Virus record (IMG/VR): IMGVR_UViG_3300045988_055078 | Location: 1 to 45,034 of that record | Source of the DNA: a virus | DNA: 45,034 nucleotides | Strand: one strand, 5' to 3' | Part shown: positions 8,215 through 15,917 of the stretch, one piece after another | How the letters are laid out: every line of letters begins with the position of its first letter | How positions within the stretch are numbered: position 1 is the stretch's first letter | The notes under the pieces: model-generated | The model's input: only the letters and a program-made list of their open reading frames with translations | Database searches by the model: none | Told to the model about the DNA's origin: nothing | Translations under genes and position numbers: made by a program

Positions 8215-8958
8215 TCACCAGAACAGCATAAGCCGGAATGCCTCTCGACCTTTCGGCGTTACGAACGTCTGTGTACCACTCCATCCGGTGGCGCTGTTGT
8301 AGCTTTCTTTGACGGAGAAATACCCGTCATTCCGGCTTTCCGTGGGCAGCAGGCTACCTTTCTGCGTCCGGTACAGGAATTTCTTTTCCATCAGGAAGTC
8401 CATGAACTGCTTCGGCGGAATGCCGAGGACTTTTGCCGTCTCCCGGAAGTTAAGCAGAAGATTTCGCTCGATGCAGGCGTCAAAGTAGTCCGCCTTCGGC
8501 TCCATGATCCGGTTTTTCACGGTCAGATCGGCAATTTGGGCGTCACGCTCGGCGATTTTCTGCTGCGCAATGAGCAGGGCCTTGGCCATCAGTTCTTCGG
8601 GCGAAAGGGTTTCCTGTCCGACGATGTACCCGCCGGTCTTCCGGATACTGGGCAGCACCTCGGATGTGATCCACTTGCGGAAGTGCCGGGCCTCCGGCTT
8701 GTCCGAACGCAGAATCACGCTATACAAGCCGGATTCGTTGATGATGGTGGTGGACTGCGTTCTGCCGAGGGAATCGGTGAGGTGAGCCTGACTCACCTCA
8801 TCACCATCGAGCCGTTCAGCGACCCGAGCGGGTGTTGTCAGACCCAGCACGTCACACACGTCTTTCAGCACGAACCACGGTTCATTGTCCCGCTGCACGG
8901 TTCGCACCCGGCAGTCCTTGTAATAAAAAATCTGAGTTGCGGTTGCTTCATTTTCCAT
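8215..8958 (-). CDS. Antirepressor, Bro-N domain plus KilAC domain
   Basis: FVLKDVCDVLGL..INESGLYSVILRSDKPEARHFRKWITSEVLPSIRKTG (Bro-N). C-terminal ..FRETAKVLGIPPKQFMDFLMEKKFLY (KilAC-like). Confidence 0.85.
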   Translation of the reverse strand: MENEATATQIFYYKDCRVRTVQRDNEPWFVLKDVCDVLGLTTPARVAERLDGDEVSQAHLTDSLGRTQSTTIINESGLYSVILRSDKPEARHFRKWITSEVLPSIRKTGGYIVGQETLSPEELMAKALLIAQQKIAERDAQIADLTVKNRIMEPKADYFDACIERNLLLNFRETAKVLGIPPKQFMDFLMEKKFLYRTQKGSLLPTESRNDGYFSVKESYNSATGWSGTQTFVTPKGREAFRLMLFW

Positions 8959-8985
8959 TTGTGTTCCTCCTTAATTCATTTTTAA

Positions 8986-9014
8986 TTGCGTTTAATGTCT
9001 AATCATGCTACAAT
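8986..9014 (+). promoter_or_regulatory. Sigma-70-type promoter for the 9038 gene
   Basis: TTGCGT, 17 nt, TACAAT, with TGC immediately upstream of the -10 box. Confidence 0.5.
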
Positions 9015-9037
9015 CCCCGATGAAAGGGGGTGAAGAT

Positions 9038-9505
9038 ATGGGAAGATATGTCAATGTCTGCCTGAACGGTCATTGGTCCATTTCTGGGCGTTTATTGCAA
9101 AATGAACAATACTGCGAAAAGTGCGGCCAGAAAATTATCGATAAATGCCCTTCGTGCGGAGCATTTATTAAAGAACTGGGTCAGGCAAGCATTGTATCGG
9201 TCGGGTTCCAGGAATACGAACTCGCAGCATATTGCAAGAAATGTTCCAAAGCCTATCCGTGGACGCAGTCTGCGTTAGATGCTACAGCAGAGATAATCTT
9301 GGCAGAAAACCAGCTAAGCGATTCCGACAAGAAAATGCTGATTGCATCACTGCCGGACATCATCGCAGATACGCCCAAAACAGAGCTGGCAGCAATGCGG
9401 CTTAAACGCGCCGCCGCATCAGCGGGTAAATTTACCACAAAAGCCATGTTGCAGTTTGCAATTGACTTCGGTGGTAGCGTCGCGCTAAAAGCATTAGGAT
9501 TGTGA
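9038..9505 (+). CDS. Zinc-ribbon protein, lysogeny-module accessory gene (resembles DUF2321 by recollection only)
   Basis: MGRYVNVCLNGHW..CEKCG..CPSCG..CKKCS. RBS GGGGGTG. Has its own promoter and opposite orientation to the early operon. Confidence 0.7.
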   Translation: MGRYVNVCLNGHWSISGRLLQNEQYCEKCGQKIIDKCPSCGAFIKELGQASIVSVGFQEYELAAYCKKCSKAYPWTQSALDATAEIILAENQLSDSDKKMLIASLPDIIADTPKTELAAMRLKRAAASAGKFTTKAMLQFAIDFGGSVALKALGL

Positions 9506-9673
9506 CTGCTTTTCGATCAGGAACAGCCGGTAGCCAGGACATTCTGCCTGTCCACAGCAATACGGAGCTTTTTTGATCCAGCAGTTGCATTCATACCGCA
9601 ATTTAGCCCGGCAATTCCGGCAGAAGTTGGCGTCATCGCTAACTTCTGCTTTGCATATGGGGCAAACCACCAT
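9494..9673 (-). CDS. Small double-CxxC zinc-ribbon protein (59 aa, below the ORF-track cutoff)
   Basis: GGAG, 7 nt, ATG at 9673. Translation MVVCPICKAEVSDDANFCRNCRAKLRYECNCW..., stop at 9494-9496. Confidence 0.5.
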   Translation of the reverse strand: MVVCPICKAEVSDDANFCRNCRAKLRYECNCWIKKAPYCCGQAECPGYRLFLIEKQSQS

Positions 9674-9702
9674 GAACCCACTCCTTTGTGATATCGATTT
9701 CT

Positions 9703-9921
9703 TTACAAGCCGAGTTTCTCTTCGGCCTCACCGCACCATTTTGCCGCCTCCGGCCAATTGGTCGCTGTGGCGATCAGGGCACTGTAGACGCCTTGAAGCA
9801 TAGCCTTTTGGTATTCCTTCCGATCGAAGTCGTCCTCAAAGTCCTCGTTCTCCACCATTTGCGTCAGGCGGCGGCTCACTTCGCCGTAAACGGCCTCGAT
9901 CTGCTCCTTCGTGTACCCCAT
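9703..9921 (-). CDS. Hypothetical protein (72 aa)
   Basis: First ORF downstream of the cro-like gene. No motif recognised. Confidence 0.55.
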   Translation of the reverse strand: MGYTKEQIEAVYGEVSRRLTQMVENEDFEDDFDRKEYQKAMLQGVYSALIATATNWPEAAKWCGEAEEKLGL

Positions 9922-9938
9922 GCTTTCACCTCACTTCG

Positions 9939-10124
9939 TTATTTAACTAACACTGACGTGTTTACACCGAGATGCTTGGCGATTAAAACAACGGTGGATA
10001 AATTAGGTTCTCTGCCAGACTTCCATGCGGTTACATTACTCCGGCTTAAATTAAGTGCGGTACAAACCTCCCACGGTGTGGTTCCCTTTTCTTTGCAAGC
10101 ATCTATAAAATTTTTGTAAAACAT
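9939..10124 (-). CDS. Cro-like XRE-family HTH regulator
   Basis: TPWEVCTALNLSRSNVTAWKSGREPNLSTVVLIAKHLGV. RBS AAGGAGGTG. Divergent from the cI-like gene. Confidence 0.8.
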   Translation of the reverse strand: MFYKNFIDACKEKGTTPWEVCTALNLSRSNVTAWKSGREPNLSTVVLIAKHLGVNTSVLVK

Positions 10125-10157
10125 ATCATCACCTCCTTGACAATTCCTTATTGGGGG

Positions 10158-10186
10158 TTGACTAGTTCGCTTGAACGTACTATAAT
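10158..10186 (+). promoter_or_regulatory. Rightward promoter of the switch (towards the cI-like gene)
   Basis: TTGACT, 17 nt, TATAAT. Confidence 0.6.
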
Positions 10187-10235
10187 AATCATGCTAACGA
10201 ACACTGTAGTGCATTTCCGCGAACCTTATAGCCAT

Positions 10236-10264
10236 ATATTAGTACTCGAAAGAGAACTTGTCAA
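10236..10264 (-). promoter_or_regulatory. Leftward promoter of the switch (towards the cro-like gene)
   Basis: On the minus strand: TTGACA, 17 nt, TAATAT. Lies downstream of, and facing, the rightward promoter. Confidence 0.6.
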
Positions 10265-10322
10265 CCTCAAAGTTTGCGGTGATGCACAATTCGGCAATAT
10301 TGCCAAAAACAGGAGACTGTGT

Positions 10323-10685
10323 ATGTGCATTATTTACAACAACATTCAAGAACTGTGCCGTGAAAGAGGGATAAAGCCCGGAAGAATGTGTACAGATATA
10401 AAAATAAGCAAAAGTATCCTAACTGGGTTAAAAAATGGGACCAAGAAAAACATCCAGTCTGACACGGCCCAAAAAATCGCTGATTATTTCGGAGTTCCTA
10501 TTGATCGTATATTGGGGAAAGTTGATGTAGCCAAAAGTGAACTAGTAGAAAAAGAAAAAGCCTCGGGGACTGCAATTGCCCCCGAGGAAATAGATCGATA
10601 TTTTCAAATGCTTACTCCTGAGAATCAGGCCTATGTAAAGTCTGTGATTGCTGATAAAATAAGAGAGCAGCTATCAGAGAAGTGA
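10323..10685 (+). CDS. cI-like XRE-family repressor
   Basis: AGGAG, 7 nt, ATG at 10323. HTH NIQELCRERGIKPGRMCTDIKISKSILTGLKNGTKKNIQSDTAQKIADYFGV. Confidence 0.8.
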   Translation: MCIIYNNIQELCRERGIKPGRMCTDIKISKSILTGLKNGTKKNIQSDTAQKIADYFGVPIDRILGKVDVAKSELVEKEKASGTAIAPEEIDRYFQMLTPENQAYVKSVIADKIREQLSEK

Positions 10686-10934
10686 TTATTTCTCGATTCT
10701 CGTCATTGAGCTGTTCGTACATTTCCTTAATTTCACTTTTCATCATTTCGTCCCCTTTTTTGATTCATTCGGGCAATCGCCCGGTCCCCCGACGCCACCG
10801 GAAGACCGGGCTGCCGCATGGATGGTGCCGTCCCTCGCCGGACTGCACCATAAATCTAACTCATTTTGTAGGGTAAACACAAGATACAAAATAGACATTT
10901 CACATACCATTTTGGAAATTGAGAGGAAAAAATT

Positions 10935-11615
10935 ATGGATGACACGGACCGAAGTACAACCACCCGACAAACAATACCGGATTTCGACAATATCAGGGCC
11001 GCGCTAAGGCAAACTAAATCACAGCAAGGCAAAACCAATCAGGACATTGCAGACGGGGCTGGTCTGCCGCTGTCTTATGTCGGAAAATTCTTCTCCGGGC
11101 AGGCTGCATCTGCCAATGTGTGCAGCGTCGCGGCAATATGTGCTTATCTCGGTGTCTCCATGGACGAGTTGTTCCAGTTGCGGAGGATCGGCATAGAGGC
11201 TGAATTGTCTCAGGAAATTGAATACATGAATCTGGAACTGGAACACAAAGAAGAAACCATGCAGATCATGCAGGGCCAGGTCGATTTGCTGAAAGAGAGC
11301 AGCCGGATTATGGAGCGGGGATTGCAGCAGAAAGAGGACGCTATCCTGGCGGCAAACCGGAATTGGCGTCCGCTGACATATGGATTGTGCGGGATGTGCT
11401 CTCTGCTGACCATTCTTCTGATGACGTACATCATTCTGGACTATCAGCATCCGAAAATCGGCTTGATTCGTGCCGACGGTGTTGCACCGATTGTTTATAT
11501 CTCGGCGTGTGGAATTGCATTCGTTATCCTGTTTATCGGTCGCGCCATGGTAAATCGACGGTTACAAAGGAAAGAAAATGGAAGGAAAGCCGGACATGAA
11601 CATAATTCCCATTGA
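10935..11615 (+). CDS. Membrane-anchored HTH protein (XRE-like HTH, coiled coil, two TM helices)
   Basis: KTNQDIADGAGLPLSYVGKFFSG (HTH). EIEYMNLELEHKEETMQIMQGQVDLL (coiled coil). LCGMCSLLTILLMTYIIL and IVYISACGIAFVILFIG (TM). Overlaps the integrase start. Confidence 0.7.
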   Translation: MDDTDRSTTTRQTIPDFDNIRAALRQTKSQQGKTNQDIADGAGLPLSYVGKFFSGQAASANVCSVAAICAYLGVSMDELFQLRRIGIEAELSQEIEYMNLELEHKEETMQIMQGQVDLLKESSRIMERGLQQKEDAILAANRNWRPLTYGLCGMCSLLTILLMTYIILDYQHPKIGLIRADGVAPIVYISACGIAFVILFIGRAMVNRRLQRKENGRKAGHEHNSH

Positions 11616-13269
11616 CCTTTCAGCACTGACCGACGCAGAAAAGGCGCTGTTTTTTGAATATCGGGACGTTTTGTCTGCATCATGGACGGAAGTGGTGTGC
11701 TTCTACTTGCGCTATTCATCTGATCGGCAGACTGAACAGTCCATAGAAGGTCAGTTGCGAGACCTGCTGATGTACTGCCGACTACACGCTTACCGGGTGG
11801 CTGCCATCTATGTGGACCGGGCCATTTCTGCCCACGCCAGCATGGAAAAAAGACCCGCTTTCCAGATGATGCTTGCAGACAGCGCAACATCAGTGTGGAA
11901 AACGGTCCTTGTTTATAAACTTGACCGGTTTGCTCGGAACCGGGAGGACAGCATGGTGGCCCGAATACGGCTCCGGAAAAACGGCTGCCGTGTAGAATCC
12001 GCGAAAGAGAACATTTCCAAAAATCCGGAAGGAATCATTCTGGAATCCGTCCTTGAAGGAATCAACGAGTATTATTCGGAAGAACTGCGCCAGAAGGTCA
12101 TGCGCGGGAACCGGGAGAGCGCCATGAAGGGACAGACCCTCGGTGGTGTGACGCCATTCGGCTACAAGACGGAGAACAAGAGGCTGGTGCCAGACCCGAT
12201 GACCGCGCCGGTGGTGCAGGAAATCTTCACTAGATACGCCGCAGGTGATCGTCTGGTATCCATTGCAAGAGACCTTAACCAGCGCGGATATCGCACGACA
12301 AAGGGCCATCCATTCGGGAAGTCCAGCTTCAAGACCATCTTCCGGAACACACGATATATTGGGGTGTACAAATATATGGACATCACAAAAGAAGACCCAT
12401 CGCTGCGGATCGTCAGCGACGAGCAGTGGGAAGCAGTGCAATCCAAACTTTCTGACACCGCAAGCGCACCGGGGCGTGGGAAAGCACGGAATCCCTATCT
12501 TTTATCTGGGAAACTGTTCTGCGGTCATTGTGGCGTTCCAATGGTCGGAGAATGTGGCAGAGGACGGCATGGCCAGACGTACTACTATTATTCGTGTGCG
12601 AACCGGAAGGGCAAGAAGTCCTGCGACAAGAAGCCAGTGCCGAAGGAATGGATCGAGCACATTGTGGCGGAAGATGCTGCAGCACTGCTGACGGACGATT
12701 TTATCGAGGATGTCGCAGAAAAAGCGGCGCAGCAGTCCGAGGCGGACTTCCGGGCGAACACTAGAATTCCAGCCCTTGAATCTCAGATTGCCGACATTGA
12801 CAGCAGGATTCGGAACCTGACGAAAGCAATCGAGACATCCGGTTCCGCCCTCGATGTGCTTGTTAGCAGGCTGCAAGAACTGACCACGCAGAAAAGCGCC
12901 CTTGAGGCAGAATTGCGGTCAGAATCCGCTGGGGTAATTCACCTGACAAAGGAAATGGTGATTTTCTTCTTGGAGGGTGTGCGGGACAAAATCATTCAGC
13001 CGGAGAACCGGGACGCTATTCTCATACGGATGTTTGTCAACTCTGTAATGCTATACGATGATGGACCGGGATTTTTCAAATTTGAAACAGCCTATAATCT
13101 CACTGGAATTCCGCAAAAGACATATAAAATACCAATAAACAGCGCCTCTGCCGAATTACAAAAGTGTTCGGATTTCGGGCGGAGTGGAGTACCATTGGAT
13201 GCAAATTCGAACCAGATTCAAGTTGTCGGTTTGATTTTTATCCAAACCAAAAGACACGCCTTGCCGTAA
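11578..13269 (+). CDS. Large serine recombinase (integrase)
   Basis: FYLRYSSDRQTEQSIEGQ (catalytic Ser), recombinase domain, zinc ribbon CGHCG..YYYYSCANRKGKKSC, C-terminal coiled coil. The start may be 11596. Confidence 0.9.
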   Translation: MEGKPDMNIIPIDLSALTDAEKALFFEYRDVLSASWTEVVCFYLRYSSDRQTEQSIEGQLRDLLMYCRLHAYRVAAIYVDRAISAHASMEKRPAFQMMLADSATSVWKTVLVYKLDRFARNREDSMVARIRLRKNGCRVESAKENISKNPEGIILESVLEGINEYYSEELRQKVMRGNRESAMKGQTLGGVTPFGYKTENKRLVPDPMTAPVVQEIFTRYAAGDRLVSIARDLNQRGYRTTKGHPFGKSSFKTIFRNTRYIGVYKYMDITKEDPSLRIVSDEQWEAVQSKLSDTASAPGRGKARNPYLLSGKLFCGHCGVPMVGECGRGRHGQTYYYYSCANRKGKKSCDKKPVPKEWIEHIVAEDAAALLTDDFIEDVAEKAAQQSEADFRANTRIPALESQIADIDSRIRNLTKAIETSGSALDVLVSRLQELTTQKSALEAELRSESAGVIHLTKEMVIFFLEGVRDKIIQPENRDAILIRMFVNSVMLYDDGPGFFKFETAYNLTGIPQKTYKIPINSASAELQKCSDFGRSGVPLDANSNQIQVVGLIFIQTKRHALP

Positions 13270-13290
13270 CGGTGGGCGTGTCTTTTATAT
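13249..13290. terminator. Bidirectional hairpin at the integrase stop (terminator and/or attP candidate)
   Basis: AAAAGACACGCC, 14 nt, GGCGTGTCTTTT: perfect 12-bp arms, with a T-run on the plus strand. Confidence 0.6.
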
Positions 13291-13301
13291 GTTTGTGCGT
13301 T

Positions 13302-13610
13302 TTATTTTTTGTACATCCCCTGCAGCACGCCAACCTCCGCCGCATCATCGATCATCCGGCGGTGTAAATAATCGTACAGGGCCAGCATTTCCGCCGGAGG
13401 TTCGCCGTGCATCCGCCGGTGATTTTCGATCCGGCGCACGACGTCTTTGTGCAGCATGTTCATGTGGTTCATTTCCTCCCCGGACAGCCGGTAAAACATC
13501 TCCGCCGTCTCCGGGTCCTTGGTCTTGTATTCGATGGCCAGCTTTGCATAGGTCCGGGCATCTTCCAGCTCGTCCTCAACGTGCTCCATCAGCAGTTTGA
13601 TCTCGTGCAT
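13302..13610 (-). CDS. Hypothetical all-helical protein (102 aa)
   Basis: ORF convergent with the integrase. E/H-rich helical sequence. Any ferritin-like resemblance is only a guess. Confidence 0.55.
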   Translation of the reverse strand: MHEIKLLMEHVEDELEDARTYAKLAIEYKTKDPETAEMFYRLSGEEMNHMNMLHKDVVRRIENHRRMHGEPPAEMLALYDYLHRRMIDDAAEVGVLQGMYKK

Positions 13611-13612
13611 AG

Positions 13613-13948
13613 TTACGCCTCCTTGATGTAGCGGTATAGCTTGTCAACCTCGGCACGGTCTAGCGACAGTGCGCCGACAAACGGGATGGCAAATTCCAGC
13701 GGACCGGTGACCTTCGGCGCAAAGGCGTTGTACAGCGCGTCGATGTCAATCTGACCGTCCTCGGTCAGCACACCCAGCATCTGCACCGCCGGGATAGATT
13801 TTATCTTGTCTATGATTTTCGGGGCCTGTGCGGCGTACAGAGCCGCCACACCGGACACGGCAACAGCTTTCCATCCGGGAAGATGAGGCACCAGCTCCCG
13901 GTCTAGATACGCCGTCGCGCCGTTGATGGCCCGCTCGATCGTTACCAT
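13613..13948 (-). CDS. Hypothetical protein (111 aa)
   Basis: RBS GGAGGGAA upstream of the ATG at 13948. Confidence 0.55.
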   Translation of the reverse strand: MVTIERAINGATAYLDRELVPHLPGWKAVAVSGVAALYAAQAPKIIDKIKSIPAVQMLGVLTEDGQIDIDALYNAFAPKVTGPLEFAIPFVGALSLDRAEVDKLYRYIKEA

Positions 13949-13972
13949 AGGATTCCCTCCGTTCCGTTAAAT

Positions 13973-13998
13973 GGCGGGGCAGCGATTGCCGCCCCGCC
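13973..13998 (-). terminator. GC-rich hairpin downstream of the 14008 gene
   Basis: GGCGGGGC, 10 nt, GCCCCGCC, followed on the minus strand by ATTTAA (weak U-run). Confidence 0.45.
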
Positions 13999-14007
13999 GG
14001 GTGGTGT

Positions 14008-14472
14008 TTAGCCGCCGGTGCTGGGGGTAGTCGTGGGGGCCGTCCACGAGTTGTATCGGGCCATCGGCTCCGGGCACACGTTGTTGATGGGGATGACGGT
14101 CTTGGTCAGGCCGGACAGCGTGGCCAGCTCCTGCTGCATGCAAGAGATGTTAGCGGTGATCTGGCTGTTGACTACGGCCTGGGCGGAAATCTGCCCCTCC
14201 ACGCCGCGCAGCCGTCCATCGACGTACTGGTACAGTTGGAGCATTTTCTGGTCGGTGTAGGTGTTGGCGTCCCGGAACTTGACTTCCGCCTGAAGTTCCG
14301 CAATCTTCGCGTCCTTGCTGGCATCATACCGGGTGATAGCGTGGTCGCCCTCGCAATTGCCGTTGACCGCCAGAGGGTTGCCGTTGCCCAGCATTCCCAG
14401 CAGGGACGTGATACCGCCGATGTAGCCGCCGATTCCGCCGACGCGATCCGCTGCGGTAAAGTTAAGAGCCAT
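14008..14472 (-). CDS. Hypothetical protein (154 aa), moron-like
   Basis: RBS ACGGAGGAC. Gly-rich N-terminus, coiled-coil middle, Thr/Pro tail. Bracketed by hairpins on both sides. Confidence 0.6.
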   Translation of the reverse strand: MALNFTAADRVGGIGGYIGGITSLLGMLGNGNPLAVNGNCEGDHAITRYDASKDAKIAELQAEVKFRDANTYTDQKMLQLYQYVDGRLRGVEGQISAQAVVNSQITANISCMQQELATLSGLTKTVIPINNVCPEPMARYNSWTAPTTTPSTGG

Positions 14473-14530
14473 GAGTTTGTCCTCCGTTTATAAAATTTAA
14501 GGTGGCCACCTCATGGCTTTATAATAGCAA

Positions 14531-14570
14531 AAATCCCGGCCAGCAGATTCTCATCTACTGACCGGGATTT
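14531..14570. terminator. Bidirectional rho-independent terminator
   Basis: AAATCCCGG, 22 nt, CCGGGATTT, flanked by an A-run and a T-run. Confidence 0.6.
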
Positions 14571-14593
14571 TGTCAAAAAATGCTCACGCGGAA

Positions 14594-14830
14594 TCAGAAT
14601 TCAATATTTCTAGGGAGAATTTTGCTGTATTTCTGCACGGAAGCATACTGATTCTTTAACTTTTTAATCCGTCTGTTAAGCGTGGCGAGGGAAATGTTAC
14701 AGGCGTCGCATTGCCTGATCTGACTCCATCCTGCGGCCCGGGTGCGGAGGATTTTCTCATCCTCCGGCGTGACAATCGCCAGCCGGAGGAATTCCTCCAC
14801 ATAGACCCGGTTCCACGGGATGCGGTTCAT
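14594..14830 (-). CDS. Small sigma-70 region-4-like / HTH regulator (78 aa)
   Basis: MNRIPWNRVYVEEFLRL..ILRTRAAGWSQIRQCDACNISLATLNRRIKKLK. Confidence 0.55.
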   Translation of the reverse strand: MNRIPWNRVYVEEFLRLAIVTPEDEKILRTRAAGWSQIRQCDACNISLATLNRRIKKLKNQYASVQKYSKILPRNIEF

Positions 14831-14837
14831 TATGTCG

Positions 14838-15548
14838 TTACTTACCCAGCAGCTTCGCCCAGGTTTTCGGGCCGCAGATGCCGTCGGCATCCAGACCGTT
14901 GTCCTGCTGGAATTTCCGGATGGCCTTCACGGTGGCGTCGCCGCAAATGCCGTCGGTGCCGTACCAGCCGATGTCGTAGCCCCGGTCCTTCAGGGCCGCC
15001 TGAAGCGTTCTGACGGCGTTTCCTTCGCTGTATTTTTCGACCATGATCGTTTCTACCATGATGGTTTCCTCCTTGTTCTGTGCGGGTGTAGGCTTTACGG
15101 CGCCGCCCTTGATGCGGTCAAACGGGAAATTTTTGCCCGGGCAAGCGGTGCCCTCTACGGATACCAGCTTGTGGGTGGTTACGACGGCCTTGGGATACTT
15201 GGCCTTGAGATAGGCCACCAGTTCTGCACCTGCCTTGATCTGAGCCTCCGGCATGGTGTCCGTTTCAAAATTTCCTTCAAAGCAGACGCCGATGCTGTTC
15301 CAGTTCTGGCCCTGCACATGGGCACCAATGGTGCCTTCCGGTCGGCCACGGTAGACGCTGCCGTCCTTGCGGACAAAAAAGTGATACCCGATGCCCGCCC
15401 AGCCGTTGGCAACGTGCCAGCGGTGGACGTCATCGGCGGTGCAGCTGGACGCCGCCGCATGGTGCAAGATGATCTTATCGGTGGCCTGCCGTTTGCTCAG
15501 GCTGCCGTGCCACTGGTAGGATTTTTCGATGATGTGCATGTTACTCAT
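14838..15548 (-). CDS. Endolysin: N-acetylmuramoyl-L-alanine amidase (amidase_2/PGRP) with C-terminal PG_binding_1 domain
   Basis: IILHHAAA..HVANGWAGIGYHFFVRKDGSVYRGRP..GAHVQGQNWNSIGVCFEG. C-terminal RTLQAALKDRGYDIGWYGTDGICGDATVKAIRKFQQDNGL. Confidence 0.9.
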   Translation of the reverse strand: MSNMHIIEKSYQWHGSLSKRQATDKIILHHAAASSCTADDVHRWHVANGWAGIGYHFFVRKDGSVYRGRPEGTIGAHVQGQNWNSIGVCFEGNFETDTMPEAQIKAGAELVAYLKAKYPKAVVTTHKLVSVEGTACPGKNFPFDRIKGGAVKPTPAQNKEETIMVETIMVEKYSEGNAVRTLQAALKDRGYDIGWYGTDGICGDATVKAIRKFQQDNGLDADGICGPKTWAKLLGK

Positions 15549-15807
15549 CCTTTCTCAGCTGCTTGCCGATCTGGTTCGCGCCGGTGGCTGCCAGACCGGA
15601 AGCTGCGCCAATCGCAGCGGCGGTGATGGGGTCCTTGGCCGGGAAGTCCGGCATCCCGATGTACAGCGCCACGATACCGACGAGCAGGCCGGTCACGCCA
15701 CAGCAGATGGGGATCCATTTGTTGTCGATGCCGGACGCCTTGACGATGGCCCCCATCAGATAGGCCACGACCATAATCGCGGCCACGTTTGCAATGCCAA
15801 AATCCAT
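15541..15807 (-). CDS. Holin (two to three TM helices)
   Basis: 88 aa, hydrophobic (VAAIMVVAYLMGAIV, GLLVGIVALYIG), charged C-terminus, overlaps the endolysin start. Confidence 0.8.
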   Translation of the reverse strand: MDFGIANVAAIMVVAYLMGAIVKASGIDNKWIPICCGVTGLLVGIVALYIGMPDFPAKDPITAAAIGAASGLAATGANQIGKQLRKDE

Positions 15808-15917
15808 ATTTATTTCCTCCTTTGTTGATGTTGACTTTGAACTAACTTGGAACTAACTTGCATACAACTTGCGACTTAAAACACACGGGAAACGCACATG
15901 TGCGTGTTATCGTCTGC

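Noticed and set aside
10137-10322. The 5' extension of the cI-like ORF (start at 10137, MTIPYWGLTSS..)
   Set aside because: This stretch contains both switch promoters and has no RBS. A strong AGGAG-7 nt-ATG at 10323 gives a normal-sized HTH repressor.
15036-15068. Short tandem duplication encoding ETIMVETIMVE in the endolysin linker
   Set aside because: It is in frame, lies in the inter-domain linker, and has no consequence for the reading frame. Probably a trivial slippage duplication.
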